Source: an uncultured Gemmataceae bacterium (lineage in GTDB: Bacteria; Planctomycetota; Planctomycetia; Gemmatales; Gemmataceae). Taken from it: 64,000 nucleotides of DNA. Shown here piece by piece: positions 10,404-21,000 of this stretch. Location: positions 1,920,001 to 1,984,000 of the forward strand of contig CAVVPN010000011.1 of NCBI GenBank assembly GCA_963750165.1, in the 5' to 3' direction. Under the pieces are notes generated by a model that had not been told where the DNA came from, searched no databases, and saw nothing but the letters and a program-made list of their open reading frames with translations. A program made the position numbers and the translations under genes. The stretch's first letter is position 1. The number at the start of each line of letters is the position of its first letter.

Positions 10404-10868
10404 GTGAAGCAAGGCCAACGCAAGCGCAGAAGCCGCAAGGCCGCGCCCGCTGGCAACCACACACCGCTCCGGGACCAGGGCGGGCGACCGTGGTGGCACT
10501 GGGCCGTGATCGTGGTCTGTGTCCTGGCCGGCGCGGCGACGGGGTATTTCATCTTCGACCAGTACGTCTGGGCGCGCGTCCCGCCGGAGTTGGTTGGCAC
10601 CTGGGGCGTGGAGGGCGGCGAGCAGGACGGGGCCACGCTGGAGTTTCAGCGCAACGGCGAGTTTCGCGGCCGGGTCAACAACCGGGGACGAGAAGAAATC
10701 ATCAAGTCGCAGGTCACCGCGGCAGGGAACGTGTTGCGGTTTACATCGGCCCACCCGACCACGGGCCAGGTGTCGGTGCAAACGCAGACCATCAAGAAAC
10801 TGACCGCAACGGAGCTGGTGCTGGAGGACGAGAAGGGGCGGGTGTTTCGCTGCGTCCGGCTGCGCTGA
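10404..10868 (+). CDS. Single-pass membrane protein with a lipocalin-like beta domain
   Basis: Basic N-terminus, one TM segment, then ELVGTW and LTATELVLED motifs. Confidence 0.65.
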   Translation: MKQGQRKRRSRKAAPAGNHTPLRDQGGRPWWHWAVIVVCVLAGAATGYFIFDQYVWARVPPELVGTWGVEGGEQDGATLEFQRNGEFRGRVNNRGREEIIKSQVTAAGNVLRFTSAHPTTGQVSVQTQTIKKLTATELVLEDEKGRVFRCVRLR

Positions 10869-10992
10869 CCGGGCGTCCGCTTACTCCGCGCGTACGCTCC
10901 GTGCGCAGCTCGGAGGCGCTCATTGCTTCCGAACGCCCTAAGACTATGTGTGTGTGTGTAGGGGGCGCCATGCAATCCAAAGAAAGGCTATC

Positions 10993-11673
10993 ATGAGTGA
11001 GAAGGTGCTGTTTCGCTGGGCCTGTCTGGCAGTGGCCGCGGCCGCGCTGGCGGCGCTCGGCTGGATGCTCAACGACATGCGCCTGCAGGTGCGGGAACTG
11101 GCGCAAAACGCCAGCGATGAACTGACCGAGGTGCGGGGGTTGACCACCAGGGCCAACAACATCCTGACCCAGACCGAGAGCGTCACCAAACAACTCGACG
11201 ACAAGGTGCCCAAGATCCTGAATCAGACCGAGCAGGTGACGGGCGCGATGAACCGGCACCTGCCGAAAATCCTCGCGGAGTCCGAGGTGGCAGTGACCTC
11301 GATCGCGAACCTGGGAGCGAACTTCCGCCAGTACAAGGACCTGATGGCGAAGGTTTACGCCAACAAGCGGGACGCGGGGCTGCTGAACTACGGCAACGGC
11401 CTCCTGGACCTGATCGAAAAGAATCCGGACGCCGTCGTGGGCATGAAGAAGCGGGGCACCGACCAGTCGCTCAAGCAGGTGATGCCGGCGAAGCAATGGG
11501 CCGGCGCCGCGCGGAAGGACGCTCAGTTCCTCAGCATGTCCGCGGCGTCGAAGGTGCAGATGTTGCGCGGCCTGGCCCGGGCTGACTCGGAGATGCCGTG
11601 GTACATCCGCCTCGGCGAAAAGGGAGCTCCGCAGCTGCTGTCGGACTGGCTTGAGAGCAAGGGCCTGAAGTAA
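10993..11673 (+). CDS. Membrane-anchored coiled-coil hypothetical protein
   Basis: GAAAGG upstream; N-terminal TM helix; short internal repeats (NNILTQTE / KILNQTE / KILAESE). Confidence 0.75.
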   Translation: MSEKVLFRWACLAVAAAALAALGWMLNDMRLQVRELAQNASDELTEVRGLTTRANNILTQTESVTKQLDDKVPKILNQTEQVTGAMNRHLPKILAESEVAVTSIANLGANFRQYKDLMAKVYANKRDAGLLNYGNGLLDLIEKNPDAVVGMKKRGTDQSLKQVMPAKQWAGAARKDAQFLSMSAASKVQMLRGLARADSEMPWYIRLGEKGAPQLLSDWLESKGLK

Positions 11674-11699
11674 GAGTGTCGTTGTGAAGGGAGCCTGGT

Positions 11700-12612
11700 A
11701 TGAGCAATTTTCACGATGCTGAGACGCTGTCGATGCAGGCGCCCCGGACCCACTCGCCCGGCACTTCGGCCCCAGTCCGCCGCCGGTTGCGGTATTGTTC
11801 GGAGCGCAGTCGCACCCCGGCCTGGTGCGGCCCAACAACGAGGACCATTACGCGGTCATCGAGCGGCGGCGGTCGCGGAACATCTTGCTGACGAACCTGC
11901 CGGAGGGGTGGCTGCGGCCGGCGGACGACGTGGCCTACCTGATGGCGGTGGCCGACGGCCTGGGCGGCATGGCCTTCGGTGAGCTGGCCAGCATGATGGC
12001 GCTGCGCAGCGGCTGGGAGCAGGCCCCCAACGCCATCAAGTGGACCTGGATCGTCACCGACCAGGAAGTCGAGGACCTCAAGCAGCGGGCCGAGATCGTC
12101 TTCCAGCGCATGGACGAGGCACTGCAGGAGCGGGCGCGGCGCATCCGGAGTGCGCCGGCATGGGCACCACGCTCACCGTGGCGTACTCGGTCGGGCCGGA
12201 GGCGTTCATCGCCCATGTCGGCGATTCGCGGGCCTACCTGTATCGGGCGGATGTCCTGAGACAGCTGACGCGCGACCACACGCGGGCACAGGAGTGCCTG
12301 GACGCTGGCGAGCCGGTGCTGTCGCGGTCGTGGCACCACATGCTGACCAACTGCCTGGGCGGGAGTGGCCGGCCCGTCCGGGTCGAGTTCCACCGCCTGC
12401 ACCTGGAGGATGGCGATCAACTGCTGCTCTGCACCGACGGGCTGAACGACCTGGTGCGGGAAGCGGACATCGCGGCCATTCTCGGCCGGCGGGGCGTGCC
12501 CCAGGAGGCGGCCCGGGCCCTGGTGGACGCGGCCCTGACCGGCGGCGGCCGCGACAATGTGACCGTCATCGTGGCCCGCTACGCGATGCTGCCGAGTACC
12601 GAAACCCCATAA
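11700..12612 (+). CDS. PP2C/PPM-family Ser/Thr protein phosphatase; two apparent frameshifts (~11742, ~12138)
   Basis: Spread over three frames: SHPGLVRPNNEDH, VADGLGG, GMGTTLT, HVGDSRAY, TRDHT, LCTDGL, GGRDNVTV. Confidence 0.9.
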
Positions 12613-12624
12613 CCAGAGACCATC

Positions 12625-12810
12625 ATGGATCACCAGGAAAAACATCACCAGCAACACCAGAAGGAACGCGAACACGAAAAGCAGGAGCAGAAAGAGCACG
12701 AGCGCGCCTGGATGAAGAACCCGCTGCCGTTCCACTCCGCGTGGCTGGTGGCAGTCGTGTTCGCGCTGATCCTGGCGGCGGTATTGATCTGGACCTTACT
12801 CCCCTGGTAG
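12625..12810 (+). CDS. 61-aa small membrane protein with a His/Glu/Gln-rich N-terminus
   Basis: MDHQEKHHQQHQKEREHE... followed by one TM helix; GC3-biased codons. Confidence 0.7.
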   Translation: MDHQEKHHQQHQKEREHEKQEQKEHERAWMKNPLPFHSAWLVAVVFALILAAVLIWTLLPW

Positions 12811-12942
12811 CCGAAGTCGTGAGACTTCGGAGCGACTGAACTCTCACGAGTTCAGCTACGCAAACGCTGTTGCCGTATGAGCCCGGCTTCCGAGCAAACC
12901 CCCTGAGTGTGACAACCCTGTGTCAGCGGAAAGGATGAACCC

Positions 12943-13845
12943 ATGCGATCCGGACTGTTATGGCTGCCTGTCCTGTGCCTCGGCCTGCTCGCCGGCCCGG
13001 CGTGGGGGCAGGGGATCAAGACCGACCCCAAGGAAGAGGCGGCGCTGCTGAAGAACGCCAAGGACTTCCTTGAGGCCTTCCACAAGGGCGACGCCAGGGC
13101 CCTGGCCGCCTTCTGGGTGGCGGACGGCGACTACACCGACCAGAAAGGCAAGCACCTCAAAGGCCGCGCCGCCATCGAGAAAGCCTTCGCCGCCCTCTTC
13201 GCCGAGAACAAGAACCTGCGGCTGCGCATCGACATCACCGCGCTGCGCTTCGTGACGCCCGAGGTGGCCGTCGAGGACGGCATTACCACCGTGCTCACCC
13301 CGGACGGGGCGCCGCCCAGCCGCGCCCGTTACACCATCATCCACGTCAAGAAGGGCGGCAAATGGCAGCTGAGCAGTGTCCGCGACGCTCCCTTCGCGCC
13401 GGCGAGCAACCACGAACACCTGACCGAACTGGAGTGGACCATCGGCGACTGGGCGGCGGAGTCCGGCAAGAGCGCCGAAGTGGGCCGGGCGTCGTTCGCC
13501 TGGGCGGAGAACCAGAACTTCATCATCGGGTCGTTCACGACCACCTTCAAGAACACCGCCATCGGCGGCGCCACCCAGTGGATCGGCTGGGATCCGGCGG
13601 CCAGGCAGATTCGCTCGTGGACGTTCGAGAACAACGGCGGCTTCGGCGAAGGGACGTGGTCCAGGGAGGGCGGCCAGTGGCTAATCAAGACGGCCGCGGT
13701 GCTCCGCGACGGCAAGAAGGTGACGGCCACGAACGTCCTCACGCGCATCGACGCCGACACCTTCACCTGGCAGATCCGCGACATCACCGTGGACGGCAAG
13801 GCGGTGCCCGAGACCAAGGAAGTCAAGATGAAGCGGATCAAGTAA
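12943..13845 (+). CDS. Secreted SgcJ/EcaC / DUF4440 (NTF2-like) protein
   Basis: Signal peptide; AFHKGDARALAAFW, GRAAIE, VAVEDG, LEWTIGDW, IGWDP..QIRSWTF. Confidence 0.8.
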   Translation: MRSGLLWLPVLCLGLLAGPAWGQGIKTDPKEEAALLKNAKDFLEAFHKGDARALAAFWVADGDYTDQKGKHLKGRAAIEKAFAALFAENKNLRLRIDITALRFVTPEVAVEDGITTVLTPDGAPPSRARYTIIHVKKGGKWQLSSVRDAPFAPASNHEHLTELEWTIGDWAAESGKSAEVGRASFAWAENQNFIIGSFTTTFKNTAIGGATQWIGWDPAARQIRSWTFENNGGFGEGTWSREGGQWLIKTAAVLRDGKKVTATNVLTRIDADTFTWQIRDITVDGKAVPETKEVKMKRIK

Positions 13846-13885
13846 ACCCGGCAACCTGGCGATGCAACTTTTCAGGAGAACAACC

Positions 13886-14251
13886 ATGCAGCGTAAGTAC
13901 CTCGTTCTGATCGCGGCGGCCCTGCTGACGCTGGCCGCCGCGTCCCGGGCCCAGGCGTGGGGCGCCGCCCACGTTGGCTACACCCATGTCGGCCCCGCGG
14001 GCGCCTACCACGTCGGCCGCACTGCCGCGTACGGGCCGTATGGCGGCTTCTCAACCGGTCGCGTCGGGGCCTACGGCTACGGTGGCGGTTACTACGGCGG
14101 CAATACCACCATGCACCTCAGTGGGCCGTACAGCTACTACGGCGGGTATCACCCCTACACCCCGACCTACGGCGGTTACGCGGTGGGCGGCTACTCCTAC
14201 AACCCCTACGGCATCGGCTACGGTACCGCCGGCGTTTACCGCGGCTACTAA
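13886..14251 (+). CDS. Secreted Gly/Tyr-rich low-complexity protein
   Basis: AGGAG upstream; signal peptide ending AQA; mature part dominated by G and Y, containing YNPY and ending VYRGY. Confidence 0.8.
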   Translation: MQRKYLVLIAAALLTLAAASRAQAWGAAHVGYTHVGPAGAYHVGRTAAYGPYGGFSTGRVGAYGYGGGYYGGNTTMHLSGPYSYYGGYHPYTPTYGGYAVGGYSYNPYGIGYGTAGVYRGY

Positions 14252-14280
14252 TTCGCGGCGGTTGACAGGAAGACCTGAGA

Positions 14281-14301
14281 ATCCCCGGGAGCGCCGGGGA
14301 T
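14281..14301. terminator. Hairpin between convergent genes
   Basis: ATCCCCGG-GAGCG-CCGGGGAT; no U-tail. Confidence 0.4.
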
Positions 14302-14303
14302 CC

Positions 14304-15650
14304 TCATTGCCGTTCGACCAAGCTCATCAATTCCACGAACGCCATTCGGTACGCCAGGTCCGCCTTGACGGCATCGACTTCCGCCAGGGTGCGGGCCCTG
14401 ACCGCGGCCATCAGCGCCGGCGGCGTGGCCGCACCCTTCTCGGCCTCCCTCCGCAGCAGCACCATTTCCTGGGCCAGTTTCAGGGTCGCCTGACTCTCTC
14501 CCAGTTCCCGGTAGGCTTTCTGTGCTTTCTGGCGAACCTCATCCTCGACCTGGTGAAGTTTCAAATGGGCCATGCTGACCATCGTGTTGCGCTCCCGCAC
14601 GACTTCCATGCGCTTGCCGCCGTTGAACAGCGTCCAGGTGCCGGCCATGCCGACGTAGCCGATGTTGGGTTGAATGTAGGAGGCCGCGGTTTGGTTCACG
14701 TAGCCGCCCGTCAGACCGACACTGGGCAGGTAGTCCAGTTTGGCGGCGGCGACGGCGGCGTTGCCCTTGTTCACGTTCTGCTGGGCTTCCGCGATCTCGG
14801 GGCTGGCCGAAAGGGCGAGTGCCACCACGTCGTCGGCGCACCGGAACGGCGGCACCGGCAGGGCGGGCTCAACCAGCTCCAGGACCGTACAAGGCGGCAA
14901 ATCAAGCAGGCCGTTCAGCTGTTCCTGGGCGTCCTGAATTTGTTTGTCGATCTGTTGCAGGCCCTGCTGGGCTTCCACCAGGCCCAGCCGCGCCTCCAGG
15001 GTTTTCGTGGCGGCCATCGCCTCCGCCTGGCGAACGCTCTCCTGCGCCCCCGCCTGCAACTTGCGGGCGGCCAGGAGGCTCCAGTAGAGTTGCTCGACGC
15101 CGCTGACAAGGGCGCGGACTCCTTTTGCCCACTCGGCTTTGGCGATTTGCTGGTCGGCCTGAGCGATTTTCACCCCCTGACGAACCTTGAACAGGTCCGT
15201 GAGGGGTTGCACCACGGCGATCTGGAGGAACGAACTGTTCTGGTTGAACACGGAGGCCGAGACTGTGCTACCGGGGAAAGACACCAGCGGTTGGCCGCGG
15301 GGGCGATTGATCGACCTGCTCGACACGGTCAGCACCGACCCAAGGTCATCATTGAAGTGAAAATACAGAGCGTTAGCGCTCACCTTCGGGAAGTAGTCCG
15401 CGCGCGCGACCTTGATCGCGTAGGACTTGGCCTCCACGTTAAGAACGGCGAGGTTGATGAGTTTGTTATTGCTGATCGCCAGTTGTTTGGCTTCTTCCAG
15501 CGTCAGGCGCTTGCTCGCTCCCGGGACGTTCAGCTGCTGCACGACCTGCGCCCGGCCCTCCTGGGCAGTCGCGGGGGATGCCGTCAGCGCTCCCAGGCAA
15601 AGGCCGATGAGCAACACAGACAGGAGCGCTCTGTGCGGTCTTGTTTTCAC
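14304..15650 (-). CDS. TolC-family outer membrane efflux protein
   Basis: Signal peptide; LTLEEAKQLA, ADYFPKVS, DYLPSVGL, WTLFNGG; two OEP-like repeats. Confidence 0.85.
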   Translation of the reverse strand: MKTRPHRALLSVLLIGLCLGALTASPATAQEGRAQVVQQLNVPGASKRLTLEEAKQLAISNNKLINLAVLNVEAKSYAIKVARADYFPKVSANALYFHFNDDLGSVLTVSSRSINRPRGQPLVSFPGSTVSASVFNQNSSFLQIAVVQPLTDLFKVRQGVKIAQADQQIAKAEWAKGVRALVSGVEQLYWSLLAARKLQAGAQESVRQAEAMAATKTLEARLGLVEAQQGLQQIDKQIQDAQEQLNGLLDLPPCTVLELVEPALPVPPFRCADDVVALALSASPEIAEAQQNVNKGNAAVAAAKLDYLPSVGLTGGYVNQTAASYIQPNIGYVGMAGTWTLFNGGKRMEVVRERNTMVSMAHLKLHQVEDEVRQKAQKAYRELGESQATLKLAQEMVLLRREAEKGAATPPALMAAVRARTLAEVDAVKADLAYRMAFVELMSLVERQ

Positions 15651-15933
15651 GGCCCGGTCCTCCCCGTGTCAGCGCCGCATCCGTGGCAGCGGACGCCCAC
15701 CTCGCCCAGGCACCCCGGCACTCCACCGTGAAGTGCGCGAAGTGCTAGCCTATCCGACTTTATCGGCCGTGGCGAAAAGGGGGCTTGAGCGGTTGCCGAG
15801 ACATTTCACGAAAACGATGGGGATCGGGGCAACAGGCACCGTGTTCGCAAACGGCGCCCGGGACTACAATGAAGCCTGCCACCCCCGCCCTCCGAGGCGT
15901 CCAGCGGGGGGCACATTGTTAGGGAGGGGAGTC

Positions 15934-16368
15934 ATGCGAACGCTTTTCTTCGCCGCGGCGGTCGCTATCCTGATCGTCCCGGCTCCCGGCGCACCACAGC
16001 AAAAGGGCCGGACCGACCACCTCAACGGCAAATGGCTGTGCGTCCGCGTCCAGAACCGCGACAACCTGATACCGCAGGACACCGGCTGGGTGATGACCAT
16101 CGCCGGCAAGCAGGTTTCCTGGAAGACCTCGAGCGGCCAGAACGCCGGCCCTTACCCCATCACCATCGACCCGGACGCAACGCCGCCGCGCATGGACTTC
16201 TCCGGCGTCGGCATCTACCGGCTCGACGCCGACACCCTCGTCCTGTGCTGGTGGAGCCAGGCCACGGATCGGCAGGCCACATTTGACATGCCGAAACAGA
16301 ACCCTTCGGGCAAGACGTTCACCTTCCGCCGGGTCGTGGAGGATCGGCCGGGGGCGGCCCGGCCGTAA
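15934..16368 (+). CDS. Planctomycete TIGR03067-like secreted protein
   Basis: Signal peptide; LNGKW, IDPDATPPRMD, GIYRLDADTLVLC. Confidence 0.75.
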   Translation: MRTLFFAAAVAILIVPAPGAPQQKGRTDHLNGKWLCVRVQNRDNLIPQDTGWVMTIAGKQVSWKTSSGQNAGPYPITIDPDATPPRMDFSGVGIYRLDADTLVLCWWSQATDRQATFDMPKQNPSGKTFTFRRVVEDRPGAARP

Positions 16369-16382
16369 GGGGGCCGCCCAGC

Positions 16383-16965
16383 CTACGCCGCCCGCCGCGC
16401 CAGCTGGAACACTGACGGCAACAGACCGCGCACCCGCTTCCGCTCCGGCTCGGCGTGCGGGCCAGCCTCCTGGATGTCATCCACAGAGTAGGACGCCAGC
16501 GGGTCGAAGGTGCGGAGCGTGACCAGCACGGCCTCCAGCTCGCGCCGCGGCACCACGGTGAACACCACCTTGACCGGCCCGCGGGTCCCCTGGGCGTCCA
16601 GGCTCGTGACGCCGAAGCGGGCCGCGCAGTTCGCGGAGCAGGTTCGAGGTGTCGCGGGTGGTGACGGCGCGAACCGCCACCGTGCCCAGCGCCAGCCAGC
16701 GTTCCGTGAGCATGCCCAGGTAGTTGCCAAGCGTGAAGCCACCCGCGAAGCCCAGGAAACAGCCCGCGTCGTTCAGGTTCTGCATCACCTGGCCGATGGC
16801 GAACAGCCAGATCGTCACCTCCAAAAAGCCCACCAGCGGCGCCAGCCGGCGCTTGCCGCGCACGATGAAGATGATGCGCAGCGTGGACAGCGTGACCACG
16901 CACAACTCGGCCACGAACACCAGCGCCGGCAGCGCGTGCAACGTCAAGTCGGCCAGCAGAACCAT
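16383..16965 (-). CDS. DUF5698/DUF2179 (UPF0316, YebE-like) membrane protein; apparent frameshift at ~16625
   Basis: VTLSTLRIIF, GFLEVTIW, FAGGFTLGNYLG; the C-terminal domain FGVTSLDAQG..GPV..VVPRRE..FDP..YSVDD is in the next frame. Confidence 0.8.
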
Positions 16966-17065
16966 CCGTCATTCTCCTCGTAAGACTCGTCGGCGCCGGC
17001 GGGCGACCGCTGCGGCCGGGGTATACGTCTGGAGGGGACGGCTTGCAAGAGCGGCTGACCGCGCG

Positions 17066-17818
17066 TCAGGAAAGCGGGGGAACTGCGGGGACTGGGGCGC
17101 CCGTCTCGGTGCGGATGCCGCTGAAGAACTGGTAGATCGGCAGCAACCACGGCGGCAGAAACTTCTGCACCCGCGACCGCGGTGTCTCGCCGACGTGAAT
17201 CTGATCGAACGGCTGCAAGCGCAGGTTGGTCCGCTGATCGTGTTTCAGGACGATGGCGCGCAGATCGACATGGAACACCTCGGGTCGCTGCCCCTCGGCG
17301 ATGCGCGTGCGGATGACGTACACGTCCTCGGGGGCGGCGCCCGCCGTGATGCCGCCGACGCGCTGCAGCAGGTCGAGGATGGTTTCCTGGCCCTGGTAGG
17401 GGACGGCGCGTTGCAGGCCGTGGATCTCGCCGAACAGGAACAGGTGCTGGCTGCGGAACTCGGCGATGCGCACCTGCACCTGGCCCGGCGCCAGCCGCAG
17501 CTGCTCGGCGAGGCGGCGGGCGGCCTGCGGCGGCGTCAGGCCCTCCAGGCGCGGCTGGCCGAGGGCGCCGAGGTCCACGCGGCCGTCCGGGGCGAGGGCG
17601 GCGACGACGGCGGGCTGTGGTCCCAGCGTCACCTCCAACACGTCGGGGCAGGCCAGGGTATAGTTCTCGAGAACGCCCTCGCTGCGGTTGTTGGCGCCCT
17701 TGTCGGCCATGAGTTTTTCTTCGACGCCCGGCCGCAGTCCGGCGCAGCCCGCCATGAGGCCGGTGAGCAACACCGACCACCGCAGCCACCAGGCTAACCG
17801 ACCTTGTCCAGGTTTCAT
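17066..17818 (-). CDS. Polysaccharide biosynthesis/export (Wza-like, SLBB) lipoprotein
   Basis: Lipobox LMAGC; YTLACPDVLEV, PDGRVDL, GLT, LQRVGG, NLRLQPFDQIHV. Confidence 0.8.
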   Translation of the reverse strand: MKPGQGRLAWWLRWSVLLTGLMAGCAGLRPGVEEKLMADKGANNRSEGVLENYTLACPDVLEVTLGPQPAVVAALAPDGRVDLGALGQPRLEGLTPPQAARRLAEQLRLAPGQVQVRIAEFRSQHLFLFGEIHGLQRAVPYQGQETILDLLQRVGGITAGAAPEDVYVIRTRIAEGQRPEVFHVDLRAIVLKHDQRTNLRLQPFDQIHVGETPRSRVQKFLPPWLLPIYQFFSGIRTETGAPVPAVPPLS

Positions 17819-18023
17819 GACTTCGCCGCCCAGGCGATGGACGGACCGTGACGCTTCCGTTTAAGCATCGGTTGCCGGCGGCGGTGACTTGAACGAATTT
17901 GCGGGCGCAGGTTACCAGTGTGCCACACAAACAGGTAGCGTGTGCTGGAGTGTGCCACTGCCTGGCCGCCCTGCTGGACTGGACGGGATTCTTGAGACTT
18001 CACGGGGCGGCCAGGCGTCCACG

Positions 18024-21000
18024 TTAGTCGCCGTCTTCCCAACCACCCGGCAGGCCGGTCGTCTTCGGCTCAGGGAAGCGCTGGCGGAAGTCCTCGAACC
18101 CCGCCGCGCAGCAGCGGGCCGAGATCCGGGTCGCGGTAACAATCCTCGACCAGATACCGCCGGTTCCGCTCCCCTTCCAGCACCGCCGCCACCTTTTTGG
18201 CGTCCCCGTGCGCCGCGTGGGCCAGGATCAGCAGCAGGCGATTCCCGAACCGGGCCTGGACGATCTTCTCCGCCGCGTCCACCGCCTCCCCCGTGCGCTT
18301 CAGCTTCACCAGGCAGCGCACCAGGTAGTTGTTGTGCTTGTACTGGTGTTGCGGCAGCGCGAACAGGCCGGCGCGGTGCTCCGTCAGCAGCCGCAGCGCC
18401 CCGTCGTAATCCGCGGACAACCACAGCACCTCCAGGTCCCAGCCGATCAGGTCCGCCTCGTCCGCGGCGTCCCCGCGCCGGGCGGCGAGCAACTGCTTCA
18501 ACTGGCCGGCGTTTTTGTCCTGCTGACACAGGAACGCCAGGTCCGCGAACGCCCGCCGGTCGGCGCCCAGTTCCTTGTAAGCGGCCGCCGCCTGGCCCGC
18601 CCGGACGCGCGCCCGCAGCAGACCATTGCGGAAGGCCCAGTTCGCCTGGGGCGGCGCCGCCGCCTGAGCCGCCTTGAAGGCCGTGATCGCCTGCTGTGCT
18701 TCGCCCTGCAACAGCCGCAGCTCGCCGGTGTAGAAGTGGTACCAGGCCGTCCCGGCGTACGCCTTGCCGTGCTCGCCCAGCAGTGCCTGCAACTTCTTGG
18801 CCTTCTTCGCGAACACCAGGTCCCGGGCCAACGTCTCAAAGGCGTATGCCCTGTCCGGTGCCGCCCGGTAGCCCTCCAGGCCGCGCCCCAGCAACGCCAT
18901 CTCCCGCACCAGCGTCGCGACGCAATCCTGTTTCCGATAGTTCTGCGTTTGTTTCTGATACGCCTCCTGCAACAGATGCACCGCGGCGTCAGGCAGCTTC
19001 AGGAAGAATTTCGCCCGCGCCGCCTGGAACAGCAGGTCAGGGTCGCCGGCCGCTGCATGGGGCCGATGGGCTGCGATCAGCGCCTCCAGCTGCGCCCCCT
19101 GCCGCTCCATCGCCAGCTGATTCGCCACCTGGGTAAACGTCTGGTGCCGCGGCTCAACCTTCTGGTACGCCTCCAGCGGCCGCCCCGCCCGGGTCAGGGC
19201 GTAGACATAGGAACCGCCCATGCGCTGCCGCAAATCCTGCGGGGCCTTTTTCCAGGCCGCCGCATAGGCATCAACCGCCGCCTGCCACTTCTCCATGTCC
19301 TGAAGCTGCCACCCCGTGTAGAAGGCGAGCCAGGGGTCGTCCGTGTGTTTGGCGCGGTGGGCGGCGAGCAGCGGCGGCAGGTCGTCGCGCCGGGGGCCGC
19401 CCTGCAGGTCGTCGGCCAGGATGCGGAACGCCTCGTGCGCGTCCGGCGCCGCCCGGTAAGCCTCCAGGGCCTTGCCCTGATCCACCATCTCCATCAGGAA
19501 CAGGTTCAGCACGTCGCGGCGCCGCCCGCCGTTCTCCTTCGCCAGCAGTGCCCGGAACAGATCGGCGCCTGCGTCCACGTCCCCGCGGCGGATCAGCAAA
19601 CGGCAGCGGTAGTGCTCTGCCAGCAGGTCGTCGGGCTGCGCGCGGCGTGCACGTCCAGCAGCAGCTGCAGCTGGCCAAAGTTCTCCGTTTGCAGGCACAG
19701 GTCGGCCAGCTGGCGGAAGGTTTCTGCGCGGGGGCCGATGCCGGCGTAGGCGTCGAGGAGGTGGCCGGCGTAAAAGCGGGCGCTGACCCGGCTGAAGCGG
19801 AAGGTGTCGAGCACGTCCGGCGCCGGCGGCTTGACCAGGGCGGCCTGGAAGGCTTTGTCCGCGAGCCGGTGCTTGCCCTGTTGCGAAAGCACTTCGGCCT
19901 TGTACAGCGGCAGCAGCGGGTCATTGGGGTGCTTTTTCGCATGGGCGTCCAGCAGTCGCCACAGCTCGGGTGCGCGGAACGACCGCTTTAGCCCGGCCGC
20001 CAGCAGCCGGAACGCCACCACGGGGTCGGGGGCCAGCTGGTAGGCTTCCACGCCGGCCCCGGCCTGGGCGGCGGCCTGGAAGAACTCGGTGGCCCAGCGG
20101 CCGCGCCGACCGGCGTCTTTTTCCAGGGCCAGGGCCGTGCGGAAGCTCTGCACCGCGTCGCCCGGCTGGTTCGCCCAGGCCCGGACCATCGCCAGATGGT
20201 AATGGGCCGGGGCGTACTTCGGGTCGAGCGTCCGCATGGCCAGGGCCAACTGCTCCAGCGTCGGGTTGTCCTTGGCCTGCACACAATCGTCGGCGCAAAC
20301 GTCGAAGTTGGCGCGGGGGTTGTCCAGCTTGCGGAAGCGCAGCCCGATGTCAGCGCGGCTATCGTTCGGGCCCAACATGCGGATGTAGGATAGAAACACC
20401 ACGCCGTCCTTCGGGAAGTAGTCCAGCGACTTGCGGAAGGCGACGCGGGCTTCCGCAACTCGGCCGAGCCCGCTCAGGGCGTTGCCGCGCTCGCGGCACA
20501 CGTCGGCGTCGTCGCCCAGCAGGGCCTGGTAGTCGTCCAGGCTGGTCAGGGCCCGGTCCCACTGGGCCAGGTTGTTGAAGGCCACAGCCCGGAGCAAATC
20601 GACGACCGGCATGTCGGGGTTGATGGCCCGGGCGCGATTCAGCGCGTCCAGGGCCGCCTGCGAGCGGTTGCGGTGCAGGTGAACCAGGGCGGCCAGGTAG
20701 TGACGGGTGGCCTCCAGCTTGCCGGGCAGGGCGACGCCCTCGGTTTCCTTGAGGGCCTGCTCGGCGGCGGCCACGTTCTGTTGCTTGAGGAACGCGACCT
20801 GCGCCTGGCCGAGCTTGTTCAGGGCCAGGACCGGCCGGGCGTTGCCCTCCAGGGCCGGGATCAGGATCGTGGCGATGTTCGCTGAGTAGCGCGGGCCCAT
20901 GTCCAGGTCTTCCAGATCGTACACCTGCCAGCCGGCCGGCTGGCGGACCAGCCACCAGCGCATTTTCAAGGTGCCCCCTTCCCGGTTGCTGTGGCGGGTG

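Noticed and set aside
14304..17818. TolC and Wza-like genes as one export system
   Set aside because: They are separated by unrelated genes, and no membrane-fusion, ABC/RND or Wzc/Wzy partners are in the window.
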